From: Pocillopora damicornis
Lineage: Eukaryota
Length of the DNA stretch: 63,635 nucleotides
Direction of reading: 5' to 3'
NCBI RefSeq assembly: GCF_003704095.1
Contig: NW_020844094.1
Coordinates: 1-63,635, forward strand
Each line of letters opens with the position of its first letter. Position 1 is the stretch's first letter. Both the position numbers and the translations under genes were made by a program. The notes below the pieces were generated by a model, which searched no databases, had not been told where the DNA came from, and was given only the letters and a program-made list of their open reading frames with translations. Positions 12,044 through 23,548 of the stretch are shown piece by piece.

Positions 12044-14522
12044 TTATTCCCTTATGCACCCTCTGATTCTTCTTCTAACACATTTTTGCACTAAATACCA
12101 AAATACTATATGTACTCTAAGCAATGGTGGCTTATTATTGATTTTGTCCAACAACAAATGTGGTCCAAAGAAGAAAGAAGAAAGAGGAATGAAAGAAGGA
12201 AACGAGAGAACTTCTGGATTCTATCCTCAGTCACAACAATTTGAGGTGAAATCTCTCACTGTTTCACCATCTTTGCCTCTCCAAAATTATTGGAATTATG
12301 AGCAAGCCCATTGCTTATTAAGTGAGACTGACCTAAAAAATTTAGATCACCTGAACTTGTGTGACACACTCCAGTTACCAATTAGATATTTACTTCCATA
12401 AATATTTTCATCATAACATGACACAGAATTAAAATCACCTGAATAGTCAGATTGCTGTACATCCCTTGCCACCTTTGGATCTCCTGCTTCCGACTCATTG
12501 GAGAAACAAGAAAATTAAAATAAGGAAAACTCAATAGTGATCAATAATCATTAATTTGCACAAAGCAGGAGCCTTATGACCGAGTTGTGAGCAGTCTATG
12601 CCACTGGAAGTTTTTAAGGGACTTAAGATGAAAAAAATGAGTGGGATTCACAAGGTAATTTGGTGTTATCAACTGAGTTGATAATATAATTATGTAAATT
12701 GGCCACTGTTAAGGTTTCAAAAGCTGATGTTTTGAGTGTTAGCCTTCCACTGATCAAAAGGAGACAGGCTAACACTCAAAACGTCAGCTTTTGAAACTCT
12801 TAATGGTGGCCACTAAAATGTTACCAACTCAGTTCATAAAACCAAATTACCTTGCTATACTCTCCCACCCACGCAGCACCATAGTTTCTTTAGAAACTTA
12901 ACCCTTTTATTATTGAGTAGGATTTTAGTCTGTCCCATTTCTACGGCCAAAAAACCAGCCATCTAGACCAAGTAATGAATCTTCATTGCAATACTAGTGG
13001 ACGAGCCCATTCCAGGCATTCAGTTGGTAAAATGGAGAAAAAAGTGAATAAAGAGGACATTTTCATAACTTTTTCTGTCACCAGTTGTAAAGTTGCACAA
13101 AATTATCCTCAAGAAAAAAAATTGGTTTATTAAAAAAGTATAACATATTTAATATACAATTATTAAAGCTTATAAAATATAATTACTGTCCTCACCTCTT
13201 TCTTCTGAACCAAAACAATTTGCCCACACATTCTTTTCCTGACAAACTGATACTGAATGAGCAGTTCATGATCTAAAGGTAAAGAGTGATTTCTCAAACC
13301 ATTATCATAACAAAAAATATAGACAACTTTATTGACACCTCTTTCAAGTAATTTAATTAAAATGAAGTTCTTGCTAACCAGGTAATGTTTCAGCACAATC
13401 ACATTGTGACATCCTATCATTTTTTCCTTTCTTCTTGCCTTTGGTTTCTGATGGAGCCAATACTCTTGCAAGAATAACATCCTGCAGTTTTGAAATCAAC
13501 CTCTATAGGTCATAAGCAAAATAAAGAAAATAAGAGCAAATTTTAGTAATTTTTTTTTTGTTCGTTAGCATACAATTAGTAATTTTTTTTTTTGTTTGTT
13601 CGCATACAATGAAATCACAAGCTACCTTCCACTCAGCCTCCAAAGCAGAGGTTTTGGTAACATTATACCCTAAATCAGATTTATACAGACTTTAAATGCA
13701 CAAGATCTGATTGTTAATTCTCTTCTCAAGCTGCTACACACTTTGTTGTCAATTAGTTCAGAAAATTTGGTGTTAGATCAAGACAACAACTTCTGCTTGT
13801 TAATTTAGAATATTTTTATCTGTTTGCTTGAAATGTAAGGATTTTGTAAGAAGAAGTTACGTTTTAATCACTCCGAGAAGTTAAAGGATTAATTACCATG
13901 ATAAATATTGGTACACATTCCAGAGGGCTTTGCATACAGCTTATGGCCCAAGTTTGGAGATAACTGGTCTGAAACACTTAACATGCGCATAGTATTCAGA
14001 AGTAATAGATGATCAATTATTACACAAAACTCTACTGACACGAAAGTGTTCTTCTGTAAACCACTTGTATTTGTTGTCTTTATTTTCTGTCGCTGGCTGA
14101 TTTCCAAGTGAACATACTGGATGTATAAAAACCTCCACCATCAATACCTTGCGATCAAGAACCTAAAAAAATAAATCCAAATCTATTTTCTAATGCAAAA
14201 AAAGCTTGTCACAGAGCTTGAGAGAAAAGAAAATGTATACAATTTCATTAGACGAATACCAGTTCTTGTTGCGATTTTTTACATTTCTCACAAATTAAAA
14301 GCTGAAACATGATTCAAATGAAATAAAAACCTGCTTTGCTAATTTGGAATTCGAAGTTAACTAAATAAGGTGAATTGTCGATTCAGGTTAATGACAGTTC
14401 AGTGTGTGTGTTATTGTAAAATTTAAATTCTACGTTCCATTTATCCATTAAGACCATCTAGCTAGGTGTACGTAGTATATTACCTTTGCATATACTATGC
14501 TTTTCTTTGAATTTGGCTTCAT
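7575..14522 (-). CDS. SLX4IP-like N-terminal domain + long disordered linker + PWWP3A/MUM1-like C-terminal helical domain, ~14 exons
   Basis: Phase-consistent exons: 14484-14522 MKPNSKKSIVYAK; 14040-14162 VLDRKVLMVEVFIHP...KWFTEEHFR; 13379-13502 RLISKLQDVILARV; ~13196-13272 HELLIQYQFVRKRMCGQIVL; ~12439-12493; ~11655-11755 CVFYPEKLHVTV; ~10978-11090; ~9785-10710 (low complexity); ~9361-9440; ~8875-8959 YTRELRDIFEGK; ~8531-8579 IYCRRHEDYKKGG; ~8069-8169 FSEEQRDRIMGVL; 7857-7940 YFDYVSKVLLPETLV; 7575-7616 AERLLLEGPTSSK*. The gene model is well supported; the domain identities come from recalled human sequences. Confidence 0.7.
11320..11532. mobile_element. TTAA-flanked MITE, family C (other copies ~6053-6245, ~17477-17684, 21508-21714)
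   Basis: TTAA|CCCTTTAC.TCC...GGAGTAAAAGGG|TTAA terminal inverted repeats; body atgagtgaccaagacagaatttctccttacaatatcaatacaatatcaa... found four times. Confidence 0.8.
11898..11931 (+). ncRNA. Minimal type I hammerhead ribozyme motif in a Penelope-type repeat (repeat extends to ~12045)
   Basis: GCT-CTGATGA-AGGGC TAAT GCTT-GAAAC-GTC-AGC: CUGAnGA and GAAAC core, helix II, palindromic ACGU helix III, GUC cleavage triplet, helix I GCU/AGC. Confidence 0.7.
12651..12908. mobile_element. Inverted (palindromic) pair of the Penelope-type repeat with decayed hammerhead cores
   Basis: caaggtaatttgg...aaaagctgatgttttgagtgttagcct / aggctaacactcaaaacgtcagctttt...ccaaattaccttg form a ~200-bp inverted repeat, followed by the same tail (ctctcccacc.acgcagcacc...gtttctttagaaact) as the 11898 and 31416 copies. 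Confidence 0.65.
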
Positions 14523-14849
14523 TGAGGTATTTCACTCTGTTATTCGCCTAGAAACTGTCGATCAAGGGAAGTAAACTGGCAAAAAGAAACGACCGCCATT
14601 TTGGAAAAGATTGGCGGGAAATCCTCAAAGAACACTGGGAGCCAGTAAAAAATGCCCAGAAGGTCTGGGGAGGAGCTATTTTAAAAATGGCGCTGAAAAT
14701 GGATATTATTTCATGAAATTCCGGAAAGGAAGCTGTGAAGTTAGCTGTTTATATCATGAATATTTTATGTGAAGTTGCCAAGCGTAATTCACCGTAGGCC
14801 TTTGTTTTAGTTGGGACGGTTGACTACCCTGTAATTGGGTAAAGGAAAT
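14523..14849. promoter_or_regulatory. Bidirectional promoter between the SLX4IP-like gene and Rab15
   Basis: Divergent start codons separated by 327 bp. YY1-like CCGCCATTTT (14593-14602) and AAAATGGCG (14684-14692) point in opposite directions; E2F-like TTGGCGGGAA at 14611-14620; ETS-like CCGGAA at ~14721. Confidence 0.6.
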
Positions 14850-17800
14850 ATGGCGAAAAGTTATGACTACCTGTTTAAAATTCTCCTGATTGGAGATTCA
14901 GGGGTTGGAAAAACTTGTATTCTCTGTCGCTTCGCCAACAACGAATTTAACAGATCACACATATCAACCATAGGTAAGCTGAAAAAAATCAGTCGGGGAA
15001 AAATCTTCCTTCGCTAGAATTATTCAGCAGGTTGTCACTGAAATACCTGTAATTTGCTGTATCAATTAATAATTCTGCATCTTTCTGTATTTTCTAGGAA
15101 TAGATTTCAAGATGAAAACGATTGTTGTCGAAGGGAAAAGGATCCGAATACAGATGTGGTAAGCCATCTTTAGATATCCAAAATCTTCTCTCGCAGTTTG
15201 AACGCTGGTTTCCGGTGTTAAGGCTTAACAACATTCTCACTATGGAGGTAAAGAGGACGGACTCCTTTGCCTTAATTTTGTTCTTAAATGATTTTTGATG
15301 TAGTTTTGCCATAAATCTAAGGTACAGTAATGCGAAACTAAGTTACATGTAGGTACTTTTAGTATCGAAACCATTTTACATAGCGCTTAAGCTACCGACG
15401 CTTGTGAAGAACTCGGGAACAACACTAATTTCACCGCTTCCTCTTTATCCGCGTACGAAGATGCTATTAAGATGATGTTAACGTTTCATAAAATAATTTA
15501 CCCCTATAGCTGTTTCATTGTTATTTACTCTACTTAATTCATTTGAAACGCCAGTCCGCGACTGTCTTCGTATGTCCCTAAATATACTTCTCCGAGACGA
15601 TCACGAGAAGATTTGGTATATTCTAGCTTTTTCCCTTTCGATTGAGAACAACTAAAAACTTTGTAATCCACATCGACTGGTTTCGTCTCATCAATATTTG
15701 GTCGTGTTTATTTTGAAGCGCATACATGAGGTGTTATTTTCGTCAAACTCGTTGGTGCAGTTTACCATATCGATTATAGCCAATTTAGATTTTATTACTC
15801 TATGCTACATTTAAATTTTATTGCGCCCATTAGAAGATTCTTAAGTGCCGCTCTTTCAGCGGGACATTTTGAGCTTCACCGAGATACGTCTCCTCGTCAA
15901 GAGTATTTAGTGGAAACAGTCAAATTTTAGCGGAATGTTACTTCCTTTTACGTTTCCTTAAACTATCTCAAAGTTAGTCAGACAATTACATCATTATGAT
16001 TATTGTAAAGTTAAGAAGGTTAAGATGCTATTTATTGTTTTATTGTCTGGATCAATTGCTCAGCCTTTTTCTGTTAAAAAGCTGTATTTAAAGGAATTAT
16101 CTTTAATGTGGTTGAACTCCAAGGAAATATACCCAAAGAAAGCAATCATTTTTCAGTAAAATCTTTATTGAATTTTCCAAACCAAGACCAAATGTTTTCC
16201 CTAATAATTACAGGGCCACTGAACTCTCCTTTGTTTATCTTATCATTTTCTAACCTTTGCTCGGATGACTGAGAACTGAAACTTTTTTTTTTTTGGACTA
16301 ATGGATCCCCTAGCAATTGCATGACAAGCAGTGAGACAATAAAATCAATCCAGGCCATAATTTGGGGTTAAATTTGCTTTGATTTGTCAAAGAGGATCTT
16401 TGTAAAGTAGTATGATTTAAATAAAGTGCTCAAGGTTTAATGTTTTGCTTGATTCATTGTTTATGTAGTGGAAATTATGATATTAAAAGAATGGTGGACT
16501 TTATCCATTTAAGTGGAGGGTCAATTATTTATATTTGAACTGATCTGTGCTTCTTAAATTCAAATGAGTACAACTATTCAGGATTTCTTGTTGTCTAGGG
16601 AACATCTTGTTTCTAAAAGAATGTTGGAAACCACCTGGGAAGTACTAGTAAAGTCGCTAGCAATTGCTGTTGACAGATGTGAAGTTATATTTGAACTGAT
16701 TTCTGTTTCCTGACTCTATAGGGATACAGCTGGTCAAGAGAGATATGAAACAATCACAACACAATACTACAGAAGAGCACATGTAAGTCTAGTGGTTGAA
16801 TTCATGTGCATATTTGTAAGATATGTAGTCTTTACTATGATTCTCATTATTATATAGTACAATCATATCTATGGACACAAATAATATTTTTTGAAGAGCA
16901 TGAAAAATTATTTAAATCTGTGAGAATGACCTCAACTCAGCTGGGGGACCAATCTATTTTCAGTTCTCTAGAATTACAATTAAAAAAGACTCATTAGTGA
17001 TGTTCCCTTTTGGTGAAATAAAAGCAAATATTGTGGGGGAAAAGAAGACAGGAACAGTTTCAGTGTAATGTGCCACAATTATCGAATGACTTACTTCAGA
17101 TGAAATGAATGTCAGAGGAAATAATTTTATGGCTTTGACTGGTGTCCAACCACAGGGGTTGATTAAAAGCAAATGTTACCTCCTTTTCCCCTTTCATCTC
17201 TCTTCTATATATTCTATGTGCCTATGAACATGCAGTATTGGTTGATATTTTCTTTACTACCTTTCAAACCTTTTAACTCTCACAAGTGATTAACACGTAA
17301 CTTCTTTTTACAATATTCCTACCTTATTCAGCAAACAGGTAACGAGAATACTCAAACTTATCATGTAGAAGTTGTTATCTTGATTTAATACCAGCTCTTG
17401 TAACTAGTTTACAAAGTAATTGGTAGCAGCTAGACAGGAGAATTGACAATGATATCATTGGAGTTAAGGGGCTAAATTAACTCTTTAACTCCCATGAATG
17501 ACCAAGACAGAATTTCTCCTTTCAATATCAATACAATATCAACCAGATAAGTGATGAGAATAAAGAAAAATATCCTCTTGAGGATAATTAGTGGATCCCA
17601 TACTAAATTCTTTGAACTAACATTATAAGAATTGTATGGTTGAAAGTAAGGAGAATTGCAAATTTGATCTGGGAGTTAAAGGATTAGTAAATCTACAACA
17701 GGGTCAAATTTTTTCTGGTGAGCAAATTCAAAAAGGGCTTGTTAACTTGAGTGTGAACTTGTCAGATTTATCAGCTGTGGATACCACATAATTTTAATTG

Positions 17801-19422
17801 ATATTTGCAAGTCCATCTGTGTCAATAACTTTGAATGAATTTCCTTTAAATTTTATTCTTCCTTTTTACAGGGAATAATTCTAGTGTATGATATAACAAG
17901 GCAGGAAACATTTAATAACATTAGGAAATGGCTTAGATATGTTGATGAGGTGAGTGTTACAGGGATTTTCCTGACTTTCTGTCCATCTTTAACTTGTTAA
18001 AAAACATTGGGTATGCCTTGGTTAACAGGTAATTTTTTTTTCTTAGCATGCTAACAACAATGTTCAGAGACTACTACTGGCAAATAAATGTGATGCTGAA
18101 GATGAAAGAAGAGTTTGGAAGGATCAAGGAGCAAGGGTTGGTATCCTTTGAAATCTTTCCATTCATTTGATATTTATTTAAAAAGAGGAAGGGCTACAAT
18201 TGTCTTTAATTTTTAGACTACAGAAACAACTCCTATGAGTTAAAGATCTATCAGTGATTTTCCAATACAGTATCTTGTAACACAAACCTTTGAAAAAGTG
18301 TTTGCATTTTACTTTTCAGCTTGCTGCAGAAAAAAATATCAAGTTCTATGAAACAAGTGCACAGTCCAATATAAATATAGATGAGGTAAGAGCCGAATTA
18401 CTGCCAAGTTTTAAATGGAAATTTATATCTCCATTTTACTTTTTATGTTGTTTTTCCAATCTTTCTCCCATTTTAAGGCCTTCACAGAAATATGCCGACA
18501 AATTTTACAAACTATGGATGTGCCTGACCAGGTAAAAGTTTGTCAGCTTAGACAGTGCAATATGTATGACCTAGTCTTATCTATAATAGCTGCTGATCAG
18601 TATTGATTATTGGTAACTGAGGATTTGAAGGGTCAAAACTGAGTTTGCATAGAGTTGTAGAACTCTTTACTGAGAAGTAGTTTACTAGTCAGTTAAGCTG
18701 AAATAAAAATAGGTTTCTCTCAGAGCCTGTTTGATAAAAAAAATTCGTGGCTCCAGAGACAAGAATTAGCCACATGCTATAAGTTGCAGTGAACATCAGT
18801 CAGAGTTCAGTGCCAGCCCACTGGACTCCAGATAGAAAAGACTAGGTTTTGTTCCTTGGACAGGTCACTGTGTCATGTTCTATGGTTAGATGCTTCTTTC
18901 TTCACTGGAAAACATGAAGGAGGAACTGTAGACTAGCTTTCCATCCAGGAAGAGTGGAGCACACTTTCTAATTGAATAGCATTAAAAAAAAATTTGGGAT
19001 TGACCAATCAGAAAAAAGGAAAAATTACCAGGAGCCTTAAAGTAAAAAAATAATCACTCAAGGCATGATTGGTTTTTGTCAATTTTGCATCTGATTCATT
19101 GAGAGGGTGAAACAAGCTTTGCTGAAACTTTCACAAGGTGAATTCAAACATAAGTATTTTAACCTTGGAAAACTTTTAAGACTTAATTTCAAGTCCCTAA
19201 ATGCTTTAGAACAAGAATTTATTCTGTCAGTAGTTGACCACTAGGCATGTATTGTTTACTTTAGAATGATTACTTTGCATATCATGTATTTCCTTATAAA
19301 GTGTATCTGATCTTATTCCATAGAATGGAAGAATACTCTCCTCTGCTGGTGAGATTGGATCAAGTGCAGTACTCTTGGACACGAAAAATGAAGTTCTGCC
19401 ACGGAGCTCTTGTTGTTATTAA
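14850..19422 (+). CDS. RAB15: Ras-related protein Rab-15 (Rab8 group), 8 coding exons
   Basis: Exons 14850-14973, 15098-15158, 16722-16782, 17872-17949, ~18047-18136, ~18320-18384, ~18478-18531, 19324-19422 give [54 protein letters not shown] and C-terminal SSCCY*. SHISTIG and QYYRRA are Rab15 hallmarks. Confidence 0.88.
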
Positions 19423-21299
19423 ATAAATTAATTATTAATGAATTTAGAAATATTTCTTATTATAAACTTATTGATAGATTTTGTAGCAAGACTACTAGTA
19501 TTTGGGATTATTAGCCTTGTAGAATCTGCCCATTTGGCTCACTTTTATAACTTGCATTTATCCAGAGATCTTGTTATGAATATTTTGTATAAAGATGGTT
19601 TAGAACTCAATGTGACTTATGTATGAAAAACAGGAATAGTTTTGAAACTTGAAATACTGAGTAAACATCTAACAGTTGCATTGTCAACTACTAAAAATTC
19701 TCTCAGCTGTTTCATGTTAGTATTAATTGTATTATAATTCTGTATCTGCTGCAAATGGAAATTCATCTGACACTCAGAAATAGGGTATTGAATCTAGTCT
19801 GTTCACAGACTTTATTTTTTTTCTCAAGAGAATCATTGTGCTTCTTTGCTAAGTACAGCAAAAAAATGTGTATGTCTCTGGACAAACTAATTTCATTCCT
19901 GTGCTTTATGTTCTGTTCTCCATATATGACAACATTAAATTAATAGGCTAACTTTGTAATACTTTTTATATTTAATTATTGGCCGGTCTATAACACCCTT
20001 TGCTGTTTTTAGGGACAGGTCAAACAGTCCACAGTTTGCCAGTAGTGAAGCAAAAGTAAACATATTTTGAATAAGAGCAAGTAATCAGATGATTTAAGGG
20101 GAAAGTATGAAATGAATGGGTCTCAATATAAATATAATCACTGTAAAATACAAGATGTGACTTAAGTCAGGGAAATAAGTACTTCAGCCATATATATTAA
20201 GAAAATTAAGGATGCACTGGCACTACTTTTTTTGGCAAAACTTTTTCATAACTACATTGTTGTAACTGCAAATAAAAGTAGTTTGTGAGGATTGTATACT
20301 TGCCTGTCTTTTGTCTTTTGTTTATTTTTACCAAATTAGTTATCATTCCCAATTATTATCATCAATAAACTTTGTTGCAGAGTGCTGATCTCCTTGCAAA
20401 ATTTCACTGAAATTGCATTGCACTATTCTCACTTCTGGATAATACAGGCTGTTGTGGGTTTTACAAAACACAAGTCATAATCAGTCATTCTACATGGAAG
20501 CTGATAAATGTTTACATTTTTGGCAGAAAACATCATCATTGTGGGAAATGCCCCATAATAGTGGGTGACACTTTCACAGCAAGTTTGGAAATAGGTGTAT
20601 TTCTGCTGAAAACCCTTATCCACCACCCAGGTGTTAATTTTTCTCATCATCTCCTTCACCCTAACTCTAAATCAAACATGGGCAGTCAAATTAATTATTG
20701 TGGGCTTGTAACATTAACTCTTCCTATCAAGACATCTGCATTGCAGGCTGAAGTAAACCACTTTTAACATCTTGGGATCCTTGTCACATCATGGTAAGTC
20801 TGTTGGTCTCTGGTATAACTTATACCACAGGCCAGCATTTAGTTGCAATTGTCAAGGTATCCATGGTTTATCCATTGAATAACACTGACGGTATATTTGC
20901 ATTTTTATTTTTACTTGAGCTATTACAGGAATGCTCAAGTCCAAGAATGAAAGCACTTTGTTTTTTTCTTCTTATCTGGTTGCCAAATCTGCATCATGGT
21001 CACAGGCATTCCTGTCACCTGTCTTCGGTCTTCAAGAAGTATCCAAGTACTTTGTGAATACTTGAACCCATGCACTGCTCAAAATACTTGCGAGATTTAT
21101 AAGATAAGTAAACACACAAGCCTCCTTAAAAATTTATTCTCTGACATTATTCAAGAATATTTTCCCAGCAAATTTAGATTGTTGTTTCATATAAAGAATT
21201 ACCAAAACAAAACAAACCAGTGCAGAGTTATGGTACAACAATATTTTATTGAAGAGAAAGCACCATTTACATGACTGTAATTCTGACAACTATAGCACT

Positions 21300-23248
21300 T
21301 CAGGGTGCATTTGAATTAGGTCCCCTTCTTTTTCCAAATCCAGCAACAACATTAACAAATCGCCTGTTGTATTGCATTCTTCGCTTGGCACGGCCAGTCT
21401 TCTTCTTTTTCTTTTCTTGCTTGTCAACCTTTGTAAAAGGTAGGAACCATGTTTATGTACCAAAAGCCAATAGTTTCTTCCATGGCCTACCTGCTGCATC
21501 TTAATTATTAACCCTTTAACTCCCATGAGTGACCAAGACAGAATTTCTCCTTACAATATCAATACAATATCAACCACATAAGTGATGAGAATAAAGAAAA
21601 ATATCAATTTGGGAATAATTGGTTGATCCAATACTGTATTCTCTGAACATTATAGGAATTGTATGGTTGACAGTAAGGAGAATAACATATTTGATCTGGG
21701 AGTTAAAGGATTAATATCAACAGGAACACAATGATATGGTAAGCTTACACTATGTACAGAGTTCATAAATGACAATGGAAAGCTCAGGGCAAAAACTCTT
21801 TATATCTAATTTCCTCCTTGATTTCACTTTGCTTCTTAGAAATATGGTACAGCATGTGGAAAAAAAAACAACAACAGAGAAAAACACTTTGATTTCCCTA
21901 GAAAGGTTCTTTAGCATGTTTTTATTGATAAGCGTGTTGACGAAGACAAGTTTAAAAAGACTACCTCAGCACTTTGACCACAAAGAGTGAGTAGCTTCTA
22001 GCTTCTCAATTCAGTATCCCCCCTGAGTCACACATTATGGTCATGAGAATAAAGGAAATGACCACCAACTAAAGGAGTTCTTGATAGTAAAACAAATTCT
22101 CCTAGTCAGTACTTTAAGAAATGTATAGAGAACAGTGTGGAGACAATGCATACAGAAGATAGGGTGTAAAGGGCCATTGGACAAAAGACAGAAACTTACC
22201 TTAGGTGTTTGTCCCTTCACTTTACCAGCACGAGCAAGTGAACCGTGGACCTTACCTATGTGAGAACAATGAATAGTTATGGATTTTCTCTAAAATTTCT
22301 TCCAGGAAAATGCCAAAATATAGTTTGATCAAATATTGAAAGGTTCCAGTCTGGGAAAGCTGTAGAGTCATGTCACCTTCACATACACTGTAGGTATCAT
22401 TGTAAGGATTGACAGGACTCTACATGAGCATGTAGAATTCTGTTGAGGTGATCCAGTGGTATTTAGTTGAATATAACTAAGATCCACAGCAAAATTACAG
22501 TGATAGAAAAGGCTTTAATACTCTAGTTTTCTCGCATAAATTTTCTCACACAACAACAAAAGATCATGGTTCTCACAGACAGCAGTATTTCTATTGCAAT
22601 AACCATAGAATTTCCTACATCAAATAATTAAAAATCTATCACACAGTAGTGTGTCAAAACCATATGTTACGACTGCCTTTTCCATCCATTAATATATTAT
22701 CGACAAATGTAAGGTGTAAATCATTTGTATCATAGCGATGCCAAAACAATAAAGAAAGAAAAAACTGCTGAGTCGTAATTAAATAACATGAAAAATTTCC
22801 TCACTTTTCTTCTGACCTTACAGCCGAATATTTTTGGTTTTCCCTGAAAATTTCCCTAACCATGTAGAATGCAAATTCACCACTTAGATCATCTGATAGT
22901 TTTTTGGAAAAAAAAACTAATACTCTGCTTTCTAAGAGTACAAAAATGTGACAAACAGAGCCCAACTCTTTGAAATGCAGAAAAATAGATCTAGCAATAT
23001 ATAAACAAATCGATTTAAGGGTTTATACCTCCGAGCAAGCGAAGCCCGACTTCCAAAGTAGCCAGATCAACTACCCCACAATCCACAAGGCTCAGTTCAT
23101 CCTCTAGAGGTTGTCCAGCGTAGAAGAGAACCTGTTCATCGACAGAGATGCCCTCAGCAAAGGCGATTTCATTCTTGAGATACTGGACACTCTCCGTGCC
23201 AGTGACATCGAAAGTATGAAGGTTTTGTCCGCGAACAAATAGCTGCAT
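21300..23248 (-). CDS. FAU: Ubiquitin-like FUBI / 40S ribosomal protein eS30 fusion
   Basis: Exons 23029-23248 ([12 protein letters not shown]...LRLLGG), 22200-22255 ([18 protein letters not shown]) and 21300-21428 ([42 protein letters not shown]); 405 nt, in frame. Confidence 0.97.
22358..22498 (-). ncRNA. Candidate intronic H/ACA-type snoRNA in a FAU intron
   Basis: On the host strand: a 5' hairpin, ACAGAA (ANANNA), then the hairpin AGAGUC.UGUCA...UGACA.GACUCU followed by ACA-GCU. About 140 nt, in a ribosomal-protein gene intron. Confidence 0.35.
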
Positions 23249-23366
23249 CTTGAATTACCTATCGCCAAAAGGAACAGCAATAATTACTGATACATTTTTC
23301 TGATAGAGAGCTCACCAGTGGACTCTCTGTAATGTAAATATAGCGAATTTATCCTTGCGTTCTTAC

Positions 23367-23548
23367 CGTTTACACGTGGTGGTGCAACCAAACTTTCGTA
23401 AAGGAAGATACCTTGCACTGCGCATTTATTTGACGCATGGCGCCAAGTGGCCGCCGGGAGTAGAGCCTGCGATGAGAATGTCAGCTGTGTAATCAAGATT
23501 CTTATAGATGTGTGGTGTTAATCTATGTTTAAAATTGCATTACACAAG
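23367..23548. promoter_or_regulatory. FAU non-coding first exon with 5'TOP/TCT-like start, and shared FAU/MRPL49 bidirectional promoter
   Basis: Minus strand reads tatcttcctttacg... (pyrimidine start ~23400-23408) then acg|gtaag donor at ~23367. The MRPL49 ATG, in AAGATGGCGGC (YY1-like), lies ~140 bp away on the opposite strand. Confidence 0.6.

Noticed and set aside
20400-21060. Coding-looking sequence between Rab15 and FAU
   Set aside because: Multiple stops in all frames and no recognisable family; at most an old decayed element.
22655-22676. aaaccatatgttacgact, resembling the U13 antisense element to the 18S 3' end
   Set aside because: It lies on the strand opposite the FAU host transcript, the match is interrupted and there are no C/D boxes.
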